From Octopus sinensis (Eukaryota), in contig NC_042997.1 in the NCBI RefSeq assembly GCF_006345805.1, positions 88,350,001-88,414,000 on the forward strand: a stretch of 64,000 nucleotides of DNA, given 5' to 3'. How positions within the stretch are numbered: the stretch's first letter is position 1; each line of letters opens with the position of its first letter. Shown here piece by piece: positions 59,501 to 64,000 of this stretch. Made by a program: the position numbers and the translations under genes. The notes beneath the pieces are model-generated. The model was not told the origin of the DNA and did not search any database. It saw nothing but the letters and a program-made list of their open reading frames with translations.

Positions 59501-60313
59501 GAAAATTGTAATAATTAGAGATAGGTAGTCAAAGAGACACATAAATGTTATCATATCACAACATTTTGAGAATCAATGTAGGGTAATGTATTCAGATGAC
59601 AAAGAAATATCTATCTATCTATCTATCTCCATCTATCTTTCTATCTAGCTGTCTATCTGTCCATCCATTTATCCGTCTGTCTATTTATCTATCTGTCTGT
59701 CTGTCTATCTACATGCATACATACATATATTAATGTATGTATTCTGTTCATAGCACTTCTCAAGTTGGCATTTACAAACACCATACCAAAAAGCTAAACT
59801 GCTTCCACACGAACTGCAAGAGAAAGCTGTTGAAATCACCTGGTAAGACAAGGTCCCAGACATGGAGCACTTACACACAACAGAGGAGAGCGCAAGAAGG
59901 TGGGCAGGCCACTTTGTTTGAGTGTCTGACAAATAACTCCCCAAGTGACTGTTTTACAGTCTAGCCTTCTGCTAGACTGTAAAACAGCAAAAGGCAAGTG
60001 CATGCCAAGTGGACTGAAAGAGCACTTCAAGGATATACTCAAAGCCTCACTGAAGAGCTTTCAAATCAACCGCAACACCTGGGAAACACAAGCATAACAG
60101 AGGTGACACTTCCTACAAACAGAACAGAATTGCAGGGGCACAAAGAAAACATGAGCTGCACAAGTTCAGAGCTAACTCTTTGTCTTCAGTCTCAGAAGAC
60201 AACCAGTGCTTGACCTGCAGCAGAGGCTTCCGAGCACACCCTCAAACTGATTTGTGCTTCTTCTTGAATGTGATGTCCTTGGTCATTGTCATTGACAAAC
60301 TAATGTACATATA

Positions 60314-60361
<48 letters not shown>

Positions 60362-60412
60362 CACACATGCATGCATGCATGCACATACACACATACACAC
60401 ACACACACACAT

Positions 60413-60453
<41 letters not shown>

Positions 60454-61505
60454 GCAGAAGTGAATTACACTGTTACTAGGTGTGAGATATTTTCGTTTTG
60501 ACTCCTCTAGGCTTAAATACATGAATATCAGCTCCACAAGCCCTTTTCAGTCCAGCAGATCACATGGCATTGTAATTAAATGAACTTGTTATTTGTATTG
60601 GTTGGTTTCCAGCTGTCCAATCGTGTCGGCGCAACAGTTTATTTTTCCTTACGTGAGAAATTAATCACCAGCTCAGGTTACAACAAAGATGTGAGAGAAA
60701 CTTCATGGTTAGGCTGGAACTGTTTATCTGTAGACATTGTTGACGTACTGTTTGGTGTGTAGAGGCAGTCATGGGTCTGTTGGTTATGCAGTGCTCATAC
60801 AGCAATGATGTAGATAGGCATCTGGTGGAGAAGATGAAGGCAGAGACTGACTGGTGTCAAGTTACATGTGGTCAGTGGCATGTGCCAAAGACCTAGAGCA
60901 GTCAAAAGCTACTGTTCTTGGATAACAATTCTTGGCTGATTATCTCCTTTGGGCTTGACTTTTGGAAAAATATTTGTGCTCAATGATAAGAAATTTGTAA
61001 TAATAGAGATACATAGTCAAAGAGACACATAAATGTTATCATATCACAACAACATTTTGAGAATCAGTGTAGGGTAATGTATTCAGATGACAAAGAAATA
61101 GCTATCTATTTATCTATTCATCCATCTATCTATCTATTTTTCCATTTGTCTGTCTACATGCATATATATAATAATGTATGTATTCTGTTTGTGGCACTTC
61201 TCAAATTAACATTTACAAGATGCCATACCAGAAAGCTAAGCTGCTTCCATACAAACTGCTGTTGAAATTGCCCATTAAAATTGTTGAAATTGCCCAGCAT
61301 GGAGGTCCTCTCTGAAGCTGATCTGCCAAGCATTTACACACAACTGAGGAGAGTGCAAGAAGGTGGGCAGGCCACCTTGCTTGAATGCTTGACAAATAAC
61401 TCCCTAAGTGACTGTTTTACAGTGAACTAGCAGAAGGCAAGTGCATGCCAGGTGGACTGAAAAAGCACTTTAAGGATACACTCAAAGCCTCACTGAAGAG
61501 CTTTC
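59501..61505 (+). repeat. Local direct duplication (59501-60062 and 60990-61505)
   Basis: Shared unique flank, (CTAT)n microsatellite and LINE junction; diverged copies. Confidence 0.88.
59750..60240 (+). mobile_element. RTE/BovB-like LINE 3' fragment
   Basis: HTKKLNCFHTNC.RKLLKITW.DKVP, RRAQ.RWAGH, FKDILKASLKSF-type segments across frames. Confidence 0.8.
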
Positions 61506-63334
61506 TGAAGATATCCTGGGTATGTGTAATGTTTGTATATTTGTGTATTGAGGGAGTTCATTATGGGAGCATGTGTCTTCAGTGTGTGGAGTTAATATAA
61601 TATATATATTTAATATTCACTTTCAGAAAAAAAACCTACCTTTGTAGGATTGGCCAAGTGGTTGGTGGTTCCTCTTTGAAATTTTGGAGTGTAAAATTTT
61701 GCTTATGCAGGCAGGGAGAGAAGATTTCATCTGTTGTTTAAGACGTTATCTTTTGATTGGATGACATTTAGCTTTTCAGTAATGTAAAGCTCACATTTGG
61801 TACCCTGTCCCTATTGTGTTCTGACTTTAGTAGTAATGCTCCATGTTATCTGGGGGTTGCTTACTCCTCCTTTCAATGTCCATATCATATTGGATAGGGA
61901 TGTTGCATGTCTTTTATTTTTGTCCCTGAATGACACCAGATGCTGTGTGTATTTTTCCTTGAATGAGTCACCTGTCATTACGATGCATGTATTTTTTACT
62001 CCACTGGAGTCCATGATTTTAACCTTGTATACAAGTTCGTTTTCCATGCAGTTATTATTTAGAGAACAGCAGTTTAGTGTCTTTCAGGGGGTATTCCTGA
62101 TGGAATTATTCTTATTGTGATTGAGTATTACTGACCCTATATTGGGGGAGGGGGGCAACTATAACCAACTTTAAGTGTGGAAAATGATTGTCTATTAATT
62201 TTAAGAATTTCCAAGCTATGTCAATGGCTACAGTCATGCTAAAAGGTGGGTTGAACTATAAGATTTTTCCCTGTCTGTGTCTTCTTTGTCTCTTCTACAT
62301 TTGGTTCAATATAGTTTATACTATTCTTAAAGCAAGACCTTTCTAATGCAGCATTATAGTAAGGGCACCCTTCTCAAAAGTAACTTTATAGGCAGATAGA
62401 TTAGAGATTCACCTGCTAATGTTATTAACTAATTGATTGATGGTGAGTGGTTGGAACCTATGTCTATATGTATACAGCATCCGTATTTGGTTAGTGGTAT
62501 GGTTTAAATTTCTCTAATTGTGGTTCTTAGACCTAAATGGCTAAATATTTTGCATAATTTTTTCTTATCTTTTTCATATCATGTCTATTTTTATTTATGC
62601 CACTCCCAGGCCTTCATCCTGATATAATCCTACGTTAGATTCCTTTATTTCTTTCCCAAAGATATCTAGGATATAGAGGCCTCAGCTGTCTCTACACCAT
62701 CATAGCTCCCAATTGAAACATCAAATAACTCATCCCCATTCTTTTTTTACCAATGTGGTGTTGAGCACTCATTTTCATTGGTAAACAGTTACATATCAAT
62801 ACTTCCAGCATTCCCAAATACCAGCTAAGCACTAAACATGAACAAAGAATCAAAATGAACATAAGACACGCCATATGTCAAGACAGTGCAGTTATGAATC
62901 CATAAAAAATTGAGGGACCCAAGAATCATTACCATCCATTATTCTGGAGAGAAGAGATGTTTCCTGTTATCCTTTTTGGAACTTATATACACGTATATCT
63001 TCCATCAAAATCTCTACATGCTAAAATAGTAGTTTGTATTGTTTTTTCTGTTGTAGAAAACAGGTATTATTGCAGAAAACAAAATCCTTATGACTAAATA
63101 ATGTTGGATTATTGTCTATTTCTGTCAGGGAGTTTTCCCTTTTTTAACATTTGTCAAGAAATCATTAAAACAACCCACATCCTTACAGTTCTTTTGTACA
63201 GTAGATAATATAATCATAATTCACATGAGCAATAAAAGCCGTATTAACTTAAAATAGAAATCTGTGTATCACATTTTGATGCACCTAATAAATATCATGA
63301 AGAATGAAATAAGGTCTTGAACAGAGGTGACTGT

Positions 63335-63705
63335 ATGGTATGAATCTTTCTTCCAAACCACATGGTTCCAGTTTCACTCCCACTGTATGGTACCTTGGAC
63401 AAATGTCTTCTATTATAGCCCCAGGCTGACCAAAGCTTTGTGAGTGGATTTGGTAGATGGAAACTGAAGAATCCTGTTGTATATATATATATATATATAT
63501 ATACTTATGTGTGTGTGTGTGCCTTTGTTATGTTTGTCCCCTACCACTTGACAACTGGTTTGTTTACATGTCTATAATTTAACTATTCAACAAAATGAGA
63601 CCAATAGAATAAGTACCAGACTTAAAAACTAAATAAGTACTTGGGTTGAGCAGTTTGACTATACCCTTAATGGCGGTACCTCAACATGGCCACAGTCCAA
63701 TGATT
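63335..63705 (+). mobile_element. SINE family A
   Basis: Head CCAAACCACATGGTTCC, internal (TA)n(TG)n, tail CAGTCCAATGATTGAAACAAATAAA. Confidence 0.78.
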
Positions 63706-63719
63706 GAAACAAATAAACA

Positions 63720-64000
63720 AAGCACAATTGTGTTGAGAGAAAAGTTAGGTATAAGAGGGATTAAATATGGTATGCAGAAGAGGAGAATGCATTGGTTTGG
63801 ACATGTAATGCATATGAGTGAAGACAGCTGTATACAGAAGTGCCTGTCACTGAAAGTGGATGGTACCTGTGGAAGACAGACCCAGGAAGACATGAGATGA
63901 AGTGGTGAGGACCAATCTTAGGATGTCAGGGCTCACAGAGGAAATAACAATGGACTGAGATGTTTGGCAATATGAGATTCTAGAGAAGACCCGTCCATGA
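63720..64000 (+). mobile_element. RTE-type LINE 3' end fragment, runs off the window
   Basis: RRMHWFGHVMHMSEDSCIQKCLSLKVDGTCGR. Confidence 0.8.

Overview
AT-rich, microsatellite- and SINE-dense eukaryotic DNA; the repeat families look like Octopus (inference from recall, not a database search). Bases 822-22390 (+) hold the last 12 exons of a cyclic-nucleotide-gated channel beta subunit (CNGB / C. elegans TAX-2-like). All 11 introns are GT-AG and phase-compatible, and the exons join into 652 aa: end of S4, S5, pore, S6, C-linker, CNBD and a long low-complexity tail. The 5' exons lie outside the window. The rest is mostly transposon debris: mariner, maT-like, hAT and piggyBac-type MITEs, RTE-type LINE fragments, a Gypsy integrase fragment and three SINE-like families. 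A possible unrecognised minus-strand multi-exon gene lies at about 30.8-34.8 kb. The most striking signal is a cluster of type I hammerhead ribozyme (HHR) motifs. One is fully intact (25705-25790). Three separate inverted-repeat elements (24107-24609, 28256-28790, 58157-58460) carry an HHR or HHR half near the inner end of each arm, pointing outward, and one of them encloses a Penelope-like RT fragment. All alignments and folds were done by eye and need computational confirmation.
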